Part shown: positions 1 through 11,154 of the stretch, one piece after another
Layout of the letters: the number at the start of each line of letters is the position of its first letter
Numbering within the stretch: position 1 is the stretch's first letter
Assembly (NCBI GenBank): GCA_050287085.1
Contig: JBNKBE010000001.1
Coordinates: 426,848 to 490,847, forward strand
Direction of reading: 5' to 3'
Length of the DNA: 64,000 nt
Source: Polyangiaceae bacterium
GTDB taxonomy: Bacteria; Myxococcota_A; Polyangia; Polyangiales; Polyangiaceae
The notes under the pieces: generated by a model
Database searches by the model: none
Seen by the model: only the letters and a program-made list of their open reading frames with translations
Told to the model about the DNA's origin: nothing
Made by a program: the position numbers and the translations under genes

Positions 1-1710
1 TTCCGTAATCAACATATCCGGTGCCACCGCGGACACCGGAACCCAACCGGACTCAGCACCACACATGCCGTTGAAGACGTGAAGCTCGCTTCCGACATGC
101 GCCACCTTGGAAAGCGCCAGCAGCGGGGTGCCTTCGATATCCACGCCCCGCACCAACTCCTCGTGTCCGTCCACAAACATCCGGTAGACCATCACCGGCA
201 ATACTTTGAACGCTTGAGCATCGCCACGCTGGGTCTGCGTATAGCCGCCTTCAATTTCTTCAAAGCGGAGCGCGTATTCAAGTCCGCGGGCGCGGGTCAG
301 CGCGATCAAGCGCTCGCGCAGCGTCGCAGCTGGAAGGCCAGCGCGGGGATGCGCCACGAGGTTGGCTTGTCGTGCGACGGCCGCATACCCCGGCTGTCGC
401 CGTCCATGCCCGTTCGAATCATGAAACGTCAGAACAGGCGTGCGAGACATCAAGAAGCCCTTCAGCACACCGGCCTCCACCAGGGTTGCGCGTCCTGCAG
501 CAACCCCCTCATCATCAAAGAGGTAGTGCCCGTTCAGTGGGTAGGGCCCAAGCTGGAGCAAACGCGGATCGTCATAGATGTCGAGGGTTGGTAGCATTAC
601 CTGCTGGCCGATACGCCCCGCAAAGGTCTGTCCTTCGTTGCGAGCCTGTTGACGGTGGCCCTCGACGCGATGACCCAACACTTCATGGAGAAACACCCCA
701 GCAGCTCGACCTTCCAGCAGAGCGGGCCCCACGTAGGGCTCGACAGCGGGAGCGGCCACAAGCGCCGCGACGTCGCGCAACGTCTGACGGAATGCTGCTT
801 CGATTTCCTCTCGCGCCGGCAACTCGGCCAGCGTTCGCGCGTGAAACGCACGAGAGCGTCCTACGCTCATGCCATCGGATGTGACGGCGCCGGCACTGAG
901 GTCCAGTCGAACCCGACCGTAGTGCAGCTCCTGCTCTGCCCCTTCGGTATTGACGAAAGTACGCGTCTCCTCTTCGATCGAAAGGCTCATCCCCGATTCT
1001 TGAATCGCCGCTTCTCCCCGTCCAAGGGCGGAGAGCTCGCGCACAAGTTCGCGGAAGCGCGAAAGCTCGCTCGGCGTCGTCACCGGTGCCGGACGGGCCT
1101 CGAAGAACTTGGCGGCGGGAGCAGCACTGAAGTCGAAGTGGGGCTCATCCGTGGGCACCTCGACTTCAGCGCTGGCCCGCGCGCGCAGCAAAGCCGCGCG
1201 CGCCGCTTCGTACTCGGCCTCCGTTGCCAACCAAATGGCGTTGCGAACTGCAAGTTCACCGGACGAGTCTTCCGTCAACGGTAGCGGATGGGCTCCGCGA
1301 TACGTATTGTCCGCGATGTCCCCATGGATCGGATGCGTGTTGTCGAGCCGCGGATCACCCAGTCGAATATCGACGTTCAACTGCCGAGACTCGTCACTAT
1401 CATCGGCCACGATGGCGCCAAAACGAGCGCTGACGTCAACACTTCGCTGGTGCACAACCTGGAAGCTCGCGTAGTAGGGGGGGTCATCAGTGGCCGCGAG
1501 CACCCCCACCGATCGACTGAGTTCATCACTCAACACTTCCACGAGGTGCGAACGAGGTCCACTCCTCTCAGGCTCCGGCGCGGCAAGCGTAAACGAATAG
1601 TGAAGAGGTTCAGGCAGCTCGAGCGACGGCGCCCGCAGTGCCCCTGCCGGAGACTTGGACGTACAAGCGCCGAGCACGACCAACGCCAGCAGGCTAGCCG
1701 CGCGCATCAT
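1..1710 (-). CDS. TldD/PmbA-family metallopeptidase, predicted lipoprotein (3'-partial, runs off window)
   Basis: Not in the ORF track; sampled segments translated by hand. Starts MMRAASLLALVVLGAC (lipobox), contains GVFLHEVLGHRVEGHRQ (TldD HExxxH) and FNGMCGAESGWVPVSAVAP near position 1. ATGA overlap with the upstream stop at 1707-1710. Confidence 0.85.
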   Translation of the reverse strand, partial: MMRAASLLALVVLGACTSKSPAGALRAPSLELPEPLHYSFTLAAPEPERSGPRSHLVEVLSDELSRSVGVLAATDDPPYYASFQVVHQRSVDVSARFGAIVADDSDESRQLNVDIRLGDPRLDNTHPIHGDIADNTYRGAHPLPLTEDSSGELAVRNAIWLATEAEYEAARAALLRARASAEVEVPTDEPHFDFSAAPAAKFFEARPAPVTTPSELSRFRELVRELSALGRGEAAIQESGMSLSIEEETRTFVNTEGAEQELHYGRVRLDLSAGAVTSDGMSVGRSRAFHARTLAELPAREEIEAAFRQTLRDVAALVAAPAVEPYVGPALLEGRAAGVFLHEVLGHRVEGHRQQARNEGQTFAGRIGQQVMLPTLDIYDDPRLLQLGPYPLNGHYLFDDEGVAAGRATLVEAGVLKGFLMSRTPVLTFHDSNGHGRRQPGYAAVARQANLVAHPRAGLPAATLRERLIALTRARGLEYALRFEEIEGGYTQTQRGDAQAFKVLPVMVYRMFVDGHEELVRGVDIEGTPLLALSKVAHVGSELHVFNGMCGAESGWVPVSAVAPDMLITE

Positions 1711-2474
1711 TGTTCGCAATCGCCCAGGTGATAGATAGCCTGGGTATCGTCGGAAACGTGCTTGATCGCAAATGTGCCCGCCTTGCTCTTGACCGGCTGT
1801 CCCTGTCGCAAACGCTGAGGAGCCGCGCCGGTGACGCGCGCCACTGACTCCTCCCAGGGCATGCCCGGTGCCGCAAACACGTCGAGGCAGCGCGCTGCCG
1901 CATCATCGCCCGGACGCGAGAAATGGAAAGTGTAAGACTCCGAACCGCTTTCGGCTTTCAATTCTCCAGCGTTCTCTTGAATGCGAAAATCTCGTCTCTT
2001 GAAATGAGCCAATGCCTGCGCCCAGTTCATGCTCACCACCTGAGGCCCTCGGCAGCGGATCGGTTTTCCATTCTGCCGGCTCTGATAGGTCTGGCCGGAA
2101 GGGCAATTCGGATCGCCGTCTTTCTCCCATTGAGCCAGCTCTTCCGGAGTCGGAGGCTTGTTCTCACCAGAGCGCTCAAGATATTCGCTCATGCTCTGAA
2201 GTTTGCGTCGCACAGCGCGTAGCTGCTTCAATTCCTCCACCAGCTCGGCTCTCTCGCAAGCGGTCAAAGCCCCCGTGACAGCGTCCAGCGCGCCGTTCAC
2301 TGAGGTCACCTCCTTCGGGTTAACGTGCTCCACGAGCGCATGGGCCGCCAAGTAGTCTGAGCGACACCGCTCAACCTCTGCGCTATTGCAAGCGCCGCAA
2401 GCGACGCCCAGCCATCCCCAGAATACAGCCCGTCTCCATCTTCGGAATGTCCCGATCACGCTTGCCTGCGTCAC
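1707..2474 (-). CDS. Hypothetical Cys-containing lipoprotein
   Basis: 255-aa ORF with a hydrophobic segment ending ACGAC; 4-bp overlaps with both neighbours. Confidence 0.7.
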   Translation of the reverse strand: MTQASVIGTFRRWRRAVFWGWLGVACGACNSAEVERCRSDYLAAHALVEHVNPKEVTSVNGALDAVTGALTACERAELVEELKQLRAVRRKLQSMSEYLERSGENKPPTPEELAQWEKDGDPNCPSGQTYQSRQNGKPIRCRGPQVVSMNWAQALAHFKRRDFRIQENAGELKAESGSESYTFHFSRPGDDAAARCLDVFAAPGMPWEESVARVTGAAPQRLRQGQPVKSKAGTFAIKHVSDDTQAIYHLGDCEQ

Positions 2475-3316
2475 TTTCCTTCACCCCCATGCTCGCCGGC
2501 AAGCCGCTCGGGCGCCCCGACCAATTCAACCAGCGTGTCCAGCGCCAACGCGATGGCATCTTCTTCCGCGTGCTGCGCCGCATCGGTTCTGACGAAAGGC
2601 TGATCGTGCTCACCAATGACAGCCAGTACGGCACCCGCTAGAATTCCTCCCCGCGGCGTCCCCAAAGCCACAGACCCCAGTTGAGCCAACACGAATAGGT
2701 GAGCGCATTCCATTTCGGAAGCAAGAACACCGGCGCGCGCGAGCAGGCGGTTGTACTCAAGGTGACGAGCGGCGCTCGGCCCGTAGCCAAGCTCTCGCGC
2801 GTAGAGGGTATCTTTGGTGTGCACCGGCCCGAAATGCGCACGCCCGCGCAAGAGGCAACGTTGCACCGCAGCTTGACAGGACAAGAGCAGCGGCCAGGAG
2901 GCTAGCGCAGGGAACTCGCGGGGAATGTAGTCATCACTGGCGGCTTCGTCGCGTACCGCGGCCGTCGCAACCACAACGTCGCCAGTATGCACATCCGGCT
3001 GCAATGAACCACTGGTACCGACTCGTAGTAGAACCCGTGCCCCCAACTCGATCAACTCGGTAGCGATGAGGTCGATGCTGGGGCATCCCATGCCCGTCGA
3101 AACGGTGGCCACATCCAGCGAGACGCCGCCCCGGCGCAGGATCCCTAGGTGCAGATCGTGACCGCGGGGATGTTCCTGCGTGCGGCGCGCCTCGAAATGC
3201 TCAGCGAGCTGCAAGGCTCGATGTCGCGACCCGGGGAGCAACACAAAGCGCCCCCGACCGCCATTTCCCTCGAAATCGCCCGGTGCAGCCGACAGGTGAA
3301 TAGGCTCAAACGACAC
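2471..3316 (-). CDS. Uridine/purine nucleoside phosphorylase (PNP_UDP_1 family)
   Basis: Motifs LLPGSxxR, STGMGCPS, RVGTSGSLQ, AAVRDE, SEMECA. Confidence 0.85.
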   Translation of the reverse strand: MSFEPIHLSAAPGDFEGNGGRGRFVLLPGSRHRALQLAEHFEARRTQEHPRGHDLHLGILRRGGVSLDVATVSTGMGCPSIDLIATELIELGARVLLRVGTSGSLQPDVHTGDVVVATAAVRDEAASDDYIPREFPALASWPLLLSCQAAVQRCLLRGRAHFGPVHTKDTLYARELGYGPSAARHLEYNRLLARAGVLASEMECAHLFVLAQLGSVALGTPRGGILAGAVLAVIGEHDQPFVRTDAAQHAEEDAIALALDTLVELVGAPERLAGEHGGEGK

Positions 3317-3385
3317 GACGAGAAACCTAGCACCAACCCGCGGACGAAGTCACAAAAGCGGGTCGTATGCCCATCCAGGTCACAG

Positions 3386-4294
3386 TCAGCGGCGACGCGC
3401 GCCGGTCGGCCGCTGCGCTTGGAGTAGCGCCTGGGAGAACGAGGCCGCCGCCGTGGTCAGCGTTCTTCCGGCTTTCGAGATAAGAGCGAGCTGACGCCGA
3501 ATGCGAAGGCCCCGAACCGGAATCGCCACAACGCCAGGGGATCCGCGTCCGGAGCTCTGGACGGCAAGCTCACTCACGAAGGCAAGTGAGCCGGTGCTTT
3601 CCACCATTCGCAGGATGGCCGCAACGCTCCGGAGTTCCATCACCACATTGACCTCGACCCCGGCCGCCAGGAGCGCCGAATCGATCAAGCGACGCATGGC
3701 GGTGTCCGACTCAAAGCCGACAAACGAGCGTCCCCGAAGCTCGGCCGCCGCGACGGCTCGCGCCCCAGCAAGGGGATCTTCACGCCCCGCAACGAGCACG
3801 ACCCGGTCGTGACGTAGGCGCGCCGCCGCGATGGCGGAATGGCGATTGGGCAACGTGACAACCCCCAATTCCAAGTCCTCGTTCAAGACCGCCTCCTCAA
3901 TCTCCCGACTCCCCGCTTCGCGAAGCTGGAAGACGACCTCGGGGTGGGTCTTGCGAAATTGAGCAATGACGTTGGGGAGGATGAACGCCACAGCGGTAGC
4001 CCCTCCCCCGATCCGCACTCGCCCGGCCGATAGCGCCCGACGCTCTGCCAAAGTGCGCTTCAGCTCCTCGAAACGGCGGAGCAATGCTCCTCCTTCCTCG
4101 ACTGCCAACTGCCCCAATTCGGTGAGCGCGACACTACGTCCGACCGACTGCAACAGGGGAGCTTCTAGCGTTTGCTCGAGCTGCTTGAGGCGTCGCGAAA
4201 GCGCCGATTGTGAAATGCCGAGCTGTAAGGCGGCTGCCGTAACCGTCCCGCAACGCGCCACGGCTACGAGTGATGTCATCAACTCGAGGTCCAC
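3386..4294 (-). CDS. LysR-family transcriptional regulator
   Basis: N-terminal HTH (TAAALQLGISQSALSRRLKQLE) plus substrate-binding domain; probable GTG start at 4294; divergent from acnB. Confidence 0.9.
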   Translation of the reverse strand: MDLELMTSLVAVARCGTVTAAALQLGISQSALSRRLKQLEQTLEAPLLQSVGRSVALTELGQLAVEEGGALLRRFEELKRTLAERRALSAGRVRIGGGATAVAFILPNVIAQFRKTHPEVVFQLREAGSREIEEAVLNEDLELGVVTLPNRHSAIAAARLRHDRVVLVAGREDPLAGARAVAAAELRGRSFVGFESDTAMRRLIDSALLAAGVEVNVVMELRSVAAILRMVESTGSLAFVSELAVQSSGRGSPGVVAIPVRGLRIRRQLALISKAGRTLTTAAASFSQALLQAQRPTGARRR

Positions 4295-4346
4295 GGTTGC
4301 CAACCCTATCGCGCTCCCATACACATGCAAGCTTTCGATTAATTCT

Positions 4347-4361
4347 ATGCAAATAAGGCAT
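4347..4361. promoter_or_regulatory. LysR-type operator ATGC-N7-GCAT (T-N11-A)
   Basis: ATGCaaataagGCAT in the AT-rich divergent region between the LysR gene and acnB. Confidence 0.55.
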
Positions 4362-4462
4362 TGGACGCATAGGTCTGACGTCCGCTACAGTGTTGCCCGG
4401 ATCGCAGGTGCGCTCACGACTCCGGTCGTGAAGGCAGCGCCTCTCACCCCCTGGAGCCAGTC

Positions 4463-7039
4463 ATGCTAGAGCAATACGAAAAGCACGTCGCAGAACGCCA
4501 AGCCCAAGGCATCGTGCCACTCCCCCTGAGCGCAGCTCAGGTCAAAGCCCTCACAGAGCTCTTGCTCTCTCCCCCCGCCGGTCAAGAGGAGCTGTTGCTG
4601 TCGCTGCTGTCCGATCGGGTACCACCAGGTGTGGACGAAGCTGCGGAGGTCAAAGCCCAATTCCTCGGGGACGTGGCACAGGGCAAGTTGAGCTCACCGC
4701 TGGTTTCCCGGGAGCGTGCCGTGGAACTGCTCGGCACCATGCTCGGTGGCTACAACGTGGCCCCCCTGGTTGCGCTGCTGAGCGATAGCGGACTGTCGGC
4801 CAAGGCCGCCGCGGAGCTGTCCAAGACGCTGATCGTCGGAGAGGGCTTCGAGCAGGTCGTAGAACTGGCCAATGGCGGCAACTCCGACGCAAAACAAGTC
4901 TTGCAGAGCTGGGCTGCGGGCGACTGGTTCCAGCACCGCCCCAAGGTGGCGGAGAAGATAAGCGTCACCGTATTCAAGGTCCCCGGAGAAACGAATACCG
5001 ACGACCTCTCGCCCGCTCAAGACGCGTGGTCTCGCCCCGACATCCCCCTGCATGCCCTCGCTATGCTGAAGGAGGACCGCGAAGGCCTCACGAACGCGAT
5101 TGCCACTTTGCAGCAGCTCAAGAGCAAGGGTCACCCGATCGCGTACGTGGGTGATGTTGTTGGCACTGGCTCATCGCGCAAGAGCGCCACCAATAGCGTC
5201 TTGTGGTACATCGGTGAAGACATTCCCTACGTGCCCAACAAGCGCACCGGAGGCGTGGTGCTCGGAGGCAAGATAGCCCCCATCTTCTTCAACACCATGA
5301 AAGACTCGGGGGCCCTCCCCATAGAGTGTGACGTTTCCAAGCTCGCGATGGGCGATGTCATTCACATTTTTCCCTATCAGGGAAAGATTGAAAACGAGAG
5401 CGGCGAGGTCATCAGCACGTTCAGCCTCTCCACCGACGTACTACTCGACGAAGTCCAGGCGGGAGGTCGTATTCCGCTGATCATTGGCCGCAATCTCACG
5501 ACCCGCGCGCGCGGTGCGCTCGGCTTGGGGGCCTCTGACTTGTTCCGCTCACCGCCGGCGCCGGCCGCAAGCGACAAGGGCTTCACTCTGGCCCAGAAGA
5601 TCGTAGGCCGAGCCTGTGGACTACCCGGCGTACGCCCAGGCCAATACTGCGAGCCGAAGATGGGCGCGGTAGGTTCACAAGACACCACGGGGCCCATGAC
5701 GCGCGACGAGCTCAAGGAGCTCGCGTGCCTGAGCTTCAGTGCCGACTTGGTGATGCAGTCCTTCTGTCACACTGCCGCGTACCCCAAACCGGTCGACATC
5801 GAGACACAGCACACCTTGCCCGAGTTCTTCATGCAGCGCGGCGGTATCGCCTTGCGCGCTGGCGATGGAATCATTCATTCCTGGCTCAATCGCATGCTGC
5901 TCCCCGATCAGGTAGGTACCGGCGGAGACTCCCACACTCGGTTTCCGCTGGGTATCTCATTCCCCGCGGGCTCAGGCTTGGTGGCTTTCGCTGCCGCGCA
6001 GGGAGTCATGCCTCTGGATATGCCAGAGTCCATACTCGTGCGATTCAAGGGCGAGATGCAGCCCGGAGTCACCTTGCGCGATCTGGTCAATGCCATTCCT
6101 TGGGTTGCCATCAAGAGTGGGGACCTCACGGTCGCCAAACAGGGCAAGAAGAACATCTACAGTGGGCGTATCATCGAGATCGAGGGCTTGCCCGATCTGA
6201 AGGTAGAACAGGCCTTTGAGCTCAGCGATGCAACCGCCGAGCGCTCGGCCGCAGGGTGCACAATCCGACTGGGCGAAGCTCCGATCCGAGAGTACTTGAC
6301 GAGCAACATCGTCATGTTGCGCTGGATGATCGCCGAAGGGTACGGCGACACCAAGACCCTGCAGCGCCGTGCGGACCAGATGCAAGCCTGGCTGGACAAT
6401 CCTGTTTTGCTTCAGCCGGATGCTGACGCTGAGTACCACAAGGTATTTGAGATCGACCTGAGCCAGATCACGGAGCCGCTCCTGGCATGCCCGAACGATC
6501 CCGATGATATCAAGCCCCTCAGTGAAGTAGCCGGTACACCGATCGACGAAGTCTTCGTGGGGTCGTGCATGACCAACATCGGTCACTTTCGAGCCGCCGC
6601 CAAGCTGCTGAGGGACTACGGCGACGTGGTACCCACCCGCCTGTGGGTGGCTCCCCCCACCAAGATGGACAAGACCCAATTGATGGAGGAAGGGCACTAC
6701 AACGCCTTCGCGCTTGCCGGGGCCCGAACGGAAGTTCCCGGGTGCTCGCTGTGCATGGGTAATCAGGCGCGAGTGGCCCCCAAGTCCACGGTGGTGTCCA
6801 CTTCCACGCGGAACTTTCCCAACCGCCTCGGCAAAGGAGCCAACGTGTTCTTGGCATCGGCCGAATTGGCGGCGGTCGCGGCTATTGTCGGCAAGCTGCC
6901 CACCCACGCGGAGTACCTTAAGTACACTCAGCAGCTCGATCCGATGGCAGGGGACATCTACCGCTACCTCAACTTCAACGAGCTCCCCGCGTACACCAAA
7001 CCTGCCTCCCAAGGCCACGTATCCCTTCCGCTGGTGTGA
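4463..7039 (+). CDS. acnB: Aconitate hydratase B / 2-methylisocitrate dehydratase
   Basis: 858 aa; [64 protein letters not shown]. Confidence 0.97.
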   Translation: MLEQYEKHVAERQAQGIVPLPLSAAQVKALTELLLSPPAGQEELLLSLLSDRVPPGVDEAAEVKAQFLGDVAQGKLSSPLVSRERAVELLGTMLGGYNVAPLVALLSDSGLSAKAAAELSKTLIVGEGFEQVVELANGGNSDAKQVLQSWAAGDWFQHRPKVAEKISVTVFKVPGETNTDDLSPAQDAWSRPDIPLHALAMLKEDREGLTNAIATLQQLKSKGHPIAYVGDVVGTGSSRKSATNSVLWYIGEDIPYVPNKRTGGVVLGGKIAPIFFNTMKDSGALPIECDVSKLAMGDVIHIFPYQGKIENESGEVISTFSLSTDVLLDEVQAGGRIPLIIGRNLTTRARGALGLGASDLFRSPPAPAASDKGFTLAQKIVGRACGLPGVRPGQYCEPKMGAVGSQDTTGPMTRDELKELACLSFSADLVMQSFCHTAAYPKPVDIETQHTLPEFFMQRGGIALRAGDGIIHSWLNRMLLPDQVGTGGDSHTRFPLGISFPAGSGLVAFAAAQGVMPLDMPESILVRFKGEMQPGVTLRDLVNAIPWVAIKSGDLTVAKQGKKNIYSGRIIEIEGLPDLKVEQAFELSDATAERSAAGCTIRLGEAPIREYLTSNIVMLRWMIAEGYGDTKTLQRRADQMQAWLDNPVLLQPDADAEYHKVFEIDLSQITEPLLACPNDPDDIKPLSEVAGTPIDEVFVGSCMTNIGHFRAAAKLLRDYGDVVPTRLWVAPPTKMDKTQLMEEGHYNAFALAGARTEVPGCSLCMGNQARVAPKSTVVSTSTRNFPNRLGKGANVFLASAELAAVAAIVGKLPTHAEYLKYTQQLDPMAGDIYRYLNFNELPAYTKPASQGHVSLPLV

Positions 7040-7779
7040 AAGGAACAACGTTCATTACCGGAGCAAGCTCCGGCCTGGGCTTGGCGCTGGCTGAGCGCAG
7101 CTTGTACGAGGGTTATCGCGTAGTGGCCCTGCAGCGCCGAAGTTCGGCGCTGCGGGTTCACCCCGAGTACAGCGAGGTCTTGGTGGACTTGGCAGGTCCT
7201 GAGTCCGCCGTAAACGACGCCGTCTGCGCCGCGCTCTCGGGTACACAGAGGCTCGATCGCGTCATTCTGAACGCTGGCGCGCTCGGTTCGATTCAAGATC
7301 TGGGCGAGAGCCCTCTGGCGGCCCTGCGCGACCTGATGGATATCAACCTGTGGGCGAATAAGACAGTCCTGGACGCCCTCTTTGCCCAGGACATCCCCGT
7401 TCAGCAGGTGATCGGCATCTCGTCTGGAGCCGCGGTTTCCGGCAGCCGCGGTTGGGGAGGGTACGCGCTCAGCAAAGCGGCTTTCGTCATGTTGCTCAGA
7501 CTCTACGCAGCAGAGCGACCTCAAACGCACTTCGCGTCCCTGGCCCCGGGCCTCGTCGACACCGCAATGCAGGACTATCTTTGCGGCCTACCACCTCAAG
7601 TCGCGGAGCAATTCCCTAGCGTGAAGCGAATTCAGAGCGCTCGCGGGACTGACACCATGCCAACTGCCAGTCAGGTTGCCGAGCAGCTGCTCCCCGCACT
7701 GGATGCCCTGCTGGGCGAGCCGAGTGGTGCGTACGTGGATATTCGGACCTGGAAACATCGACATGCCGAAGAGGCATGA
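7036..7779 (+). CDS. Short-chain dehydrogenase/reductase (benzil/sepiapterin reductase-like)
   Basis: [23 protein letters not shown] (YxxxK), [13 protein letters not shown] overlap with acnB. Confidence 0.9.
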   Translation: MKGTTFITGASSGLGLALAERSLYEGYRVVALQRRSSALRVHPEYSEVLVDLAGPESAVNDAVCAALSGTQRLDRVILNAGALGSIQDLGESPLAALRDLMDINLWANKTVLDALFAQDIPVQQVIGISSGAAVSGSRGWGGYALSKAAFVMLLRLYAAERPQTHFASLAPGLVDTAMQDYLCGLPPQVAEQFPSVKRIQSARGTDTMPTASQVAEQLLPALDALLGEPSGAYVDIRTWKHRHAEEA

Positions 7780-7830
7780 GCCGAAGCCGCCGAGGACAGC
7801 TGGCTCCGCCAAGCCCCGCTCGGCTCTCGG

Positions 7831-8394
7831 TTGGATGCCTCGCAGACCTCGAATCCAGCAACGGAGTCGGGCAACGCAATGAACAAATCCGGCGAAGAAA
7901 TGCAAAGAGCGCGAGAGCTAAAGGCGAAGATCGTAGCGGCCGTGTGCGTTGAGCTGAGCCGTGAAGTGGACACCAAGACGCGTTCTGCCCTGGCGGCGCA
8001 TGACGCGGCGACCCACGCAGAAGCCAAACCTGAAAACGACAAAGACACACGCAGTGTGGAAGCGGCCTACCTCGCTGGCGCGCAGGCTGCCCGTGCCTCC
8101 GAGGCGTTGGAGCGTATTGCACAACTCCGCGCCATCGAGCTTCCTGATTTTTCCCCCCAAACCCCGATCGCCAGTGGAGCGCTGATCACCGTTGACGAAG
8201 AAGGTGAACGAAGCGAGCTCCTACTACTGCCCGTGGGCGGAGGCAGTGACGTCGAGGTCGAAGGAGTGCACTACCGAACCATCACCCCCACGTCACCCCT
8301 TGGCAGCGTTCTGCTCGGTGCGATCCAGGGTGACGCGGTCGAACTGCGGACCCCGCGCGGCCTGCGCGAACTTGCCATCGAAGCGGTACGGTGA
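7831..8394 (+). CDS. GreA/GreB-family elongation factor-like protein
   Basis: ENDKDTRSVEAAYLA coiled-coil tip and C-terminal ITPTSPLGSVLLG...GD; start may be 7879 or 7900. Confidence 0.8.
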   Translation: MDASQTSNPATESGNAMNKSGEEMQRARELKAKIVAAVCVELSREVDTKTRSALAAHDAATHAEAKPENDKDTRSVEAAYLAGAQAARASEALERIAQLRAIELPDFSPQTPIASGALITVDEEGERSELLLLPVGGGSDVEVEGVHYRTITPTSPLGSVLLGAIQGDAVELRTPRGLRELAIEAVR

Positions 8395-8723
8395 CGCAAA
8401 GCGTCATCCGAGTAAAAGTGCGACGGCCCTGTAGTCGGTTGTGCACTTCGAGTCAAAGGGGTTGAGCCCTTAAAGTGCCGCTAGCCATCGGCTGGACACA
8501 TTGTTTCCAGGAAGTAAGCCAAAACTGGCTTCCCGTCCGCCCGATAGCGTTGGCAATCCGGGGATTTACCAGCGTTTTTGCGTGCACTCGCCACCTGAAA
8601 CGCTGTTGAAATACAGAGGCCCATAGAAACCAAGCGTCCACGAAGGCCCCTGAACCCACCTGTGAGTGCAGTATGGAACTGGCCGGACGCACCTAATCAA
8701 ACCAGGAATTAGGAGTCTCTTAC

Positions 8724-10148
8724 ATGCCCTCTACTCGAATTAGTTACTTCAAGACTTCGGCACTAACTGGGACGGCCTTGGCTCTCCTGGCTGGCGCAGC
8801 ACACGCGCAGGTCGCAGCACCCAGCGCATCCGTCAGCGTGACCGCCCCGGCGCCAACAGCCGCGGCATCCGTCTCAGCTCCGGCTGCTCCCGCAGTTCCG
8901 GCTGCTCCCGCGGCCCCCAGTGTTGCGGCCCCCAGTGTTGATGCCACGGCAACCGCTCCCGCCGCACCGGCACCCGCTGTCGTCGCAGAACCCCCAGCCA
9001 TGCCCGTGGCGCCGGCACCCGTCGCCCCCGCACCCGTCGCCCCCGCACCCATGCCTCCGGTGGAGCCCATGCCGCTGGCCCCGCTAGTGGATCCCGCAGA
9101 GCCCGTTGCCGAGGAAGCGGCAGCGGAGAGCCCACTCAACCTATTCATGTTTGCTGATGCGAACTACGGCATCACAAGCTCACACCGCGACGCCGCAAGC
9201 CCCTTCCACCGCGCGTATGCATTCAACGACTCCGACGGTACGACGAGCAACGGCTTTGCGCTCGAATGGATGGGCGTAGACGCAAGCTACACCATCGGTG
9301 AGGTATCAGCGACGGCCAGCTTCCGCTTTGGCGATGCCGTCAACACCTTCTTCGGCGGTGACAAGGGCGGCGCGGGTATCGACAACCTGTTGCAGGGATA
9401 CCTCACCTGGGCGCCCACCGAGAACATCTCTCTCGATCTGGGTCAGTTTGGTACCATCTACGGCGCTGAGGTTGCCGAGAGCTGGGTGAACCTGAACTAC
9501 ACCCGCGGCGGCCTGTACTACGCAATGCAGCCCTTCTGGCACACCGGCTTGCGTGCGTCGTTCCAGCTGGATCCGAAGTTCGCCCTCAAGGCCATGGTGG
9601 TTAACGGCGTTAACAGCTCCTTCGATGAGGACGATGCCCCGAGCGTCGGCCTGCAGGCAGCACTGACCCCGTCGGATGAGTTTGCGCTCTACCTCGGTGG
9701 CTTTCAGACCTTGGATCCGGAGCATGACAGCTCTGGCTTCGACACCTTCCTCGACCTGGTCGCTACCTTGAACATCGATGCTTTCAGCGCGGTGCTCAAC
9801 GCGGACTTCAACCAGAACGCTGGCGACGACGCGAGCGATTCGGGTGACGACAGCTCGTTCTACGGTGTCAGCCTGGCGCTGGGATACAACTTCACCAACC
9901 ACTTCGGCCTCGCCGGACGTTACGAGTTCCTCGGGGATCCCGACGGCGCAATCTGGGAGAACGAAGACGGCAACGTGCAAACGTTCACCCTCACCTTCGA
10001 CGTCAAGCCCCTCGACACGGACAATCTGATCGTCCGCTGGGACAATCGCTTCGAGAAGGGCTCGGACGACATCTTCGCCGATCAAGAGAACAAGGCCACC
10101 GACAAGTTCTTCGGCTCTGTCGTCGGCGTCGTCGTGAAGATGGACTGA
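8724..10148 (+). CDS. Outer-membrane beta-barrel porin (BBP2/DUF1597-like) with Pro/Ala-rich N-terminal linker
   Basis: Signal peptide (AHA-Q), AGGAG RBS, LGQFGTIYGAEVAES, QPFWHTGLR, GRYE motifs. Confidence 0.8.
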   Translation: MPSTRISYFKTSALTGTALALLAGAAHAQVAAPSASVSVTAPAPTAAASVSAPAAPAVPAAPAAPSVAAPSVDATATAPAAPAPAVVAEPPAMPVAPAPVAPAPVAPAPMPPVEPMPLAPLVDPAEPVAEEAAAESPLNLFMFADANYGITSSHRDAASPFHRAYAFNDSDGTTSNGFALEWMGVDASYTIGEVSATASFRFGDAVNTFFGGDKGGAGIDNLLQGYLTWAPTENISLDLGQFGTIYGAEVAESWVNLNYTRGGLYYAMQPFWHTGLRASFQLDPKFALKAMVVNGVNSSFDEDDAPSVGLQAALTPSDEFALYLGGFQTLDPEHDSSGFDTFLDLVATLNIDAFSAVLNADFNQNAGDDASDSGDDSSFYGVSLALGYNFTNHFGLAGRYEFLGDPDGAIWENEDGNVQTFTLTFDVKPLDTDNLIVRWDNRFEKGSDDIFADQENKATDKFFGSVVGVVVKMD

Positions 10149-10184
10149 GCTTCATCGACGGCTGACCTGCCATGAAGGTCACAC

Positions 10185-10228
10185 AAGAAGAGCCGCCTCC
10201 AAGTGAGGTGGCTCTTCTTGCGTTTGTT
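10185..10228 (+). terminator. Rho-independent terminator after the porin gene
   Basis: Stem AAGAAGAGCCGCCTC / GAGGTGGCTCTTCTT (one G-U) followed by a T-rich tail. Confidence 0.6.
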
Positions 10229-10290
10229 CTCGGAGAGCCGAGCCGCTTTTTTTCGGAGCCCGAACGTGGCCTGCAGGTTATGGTCCTGAC

Positions 10291-11130
10291 ATGAGGACGC
10301 CCCCCCAAAGGACAGCCGCACGGCTGTCGAGCTCATGGCTTCGAGCGCTGGCAGGCGCTGCCCTTGTGCTGCTTGCCCCCGTTGCATGCGTGTCGGTTGC
10401 CACTTTTATCGTGCAGCAATACGACGGCGAAGAGCGGCCTTCCGATTCGCTTTCCATCCTGCGACTCAATCCGAGCGATCCCGTCATTCTGGTGGCACTC
10501 GACGGCGAAAGGCTCAACTTTGCCGTGACCGAACCCGACACCCGGGTCCATATCGAGATGCTACCGGGCGAGCATGTCCTGGACGTTGGTCACGTAAACG
10601 ATCCTATTGGCGTACAACAAGTGCGGTTCTTGGGAGAAGCCGGCGCGACCTACCGCGTGCTCGTAGGCATGAGCCCGCGTGACGCAAGCGCCGCCGCGCA
10701 GGGTCGATGGCAGGCCCAGGTGGTCCTGGTCGACGCCGAAAGCGACCGTGTGCTGGCTCCGGCACGGGCACCAGAGCCTCCCCCGATACCCGACCCCACT
10801 GCCCCTGGCCCCTTGCACGCTGCCCCTGCGCCCTCCGGCAGCGCCCCACTGACGACGCCCCTCTCGTCAGCATCGGCGATCCCTCCCACTATCCCGGCTC
10901 CGATCGCCACGGCACCGACGGTCCCGGCTCCCAGTGTCGCAGCAGTTCCCACTGGGACGGCTCCCGCCGTCCCAGCTCCCCCCGTCCCAGCTCCGGCGCC
11001 GGCAGGACCGCCATCTCCGATCGGCGGTGCCACCGAGCCCTTACCACCCAGCGCCAGCCCCGCTCCCACCGGGACGGCAGGCGTTCCTCCAGCGCCGCCG
11101 ACGGCTCCTATGGGCAGCGCCGCACAGTAA
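10291..11130 (+). CDS. Hypothetical lipoprotein with Pro-rich C-terminal tail
   Basis: Hydrophobic signal ending PVAC, beta-rich globular domain, long P/A/T tail. Confidence 0.65.
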   Translation: MRTPPQRTAARLSSSWLRALAGAALVLLAPVACVSVATFIVQQYDGEERPSDSLSILRLNPSDPVILVALDGERLNFAVTEPDTRVHIEMLPGEHVLDVGHVNDPIGVQQVRFLGEAGATYRVLVGMSPRDASAAAQGRWQAQVVLVDAESDRVLAPARAPEPPPIPDPTAPGPLHAAPAPSGSAPLTTPLSSASAIPPTIPAPIATAPTVPAPSVAAVPTGTAPAVPAPPVPAPAPAGPPSPIGGATEPLPPSASPAPTGTAGVPPAPPTAPMGSAAQ

Positions 11131-11154
11131 ATGAGATACTAGACCGGCCAACTG

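Noticed and set aside
79..1731. Plus-strand ORFs of 120-211 aa
   Set aside because: Shadow frames of the minus-strand TldD gene.
5972..7048. 358-aa minus-strand ORF (and similar long antisense ORFs over narG, the porin and the TBDR)
   Set aside because: Antisense shadows expected from high-GC codon bias; no recognisable motifs.
8820..9110. Short repeats in the porin N-terminus
   Set aside because: Ordinary Pro/Ala linker coding sequence.
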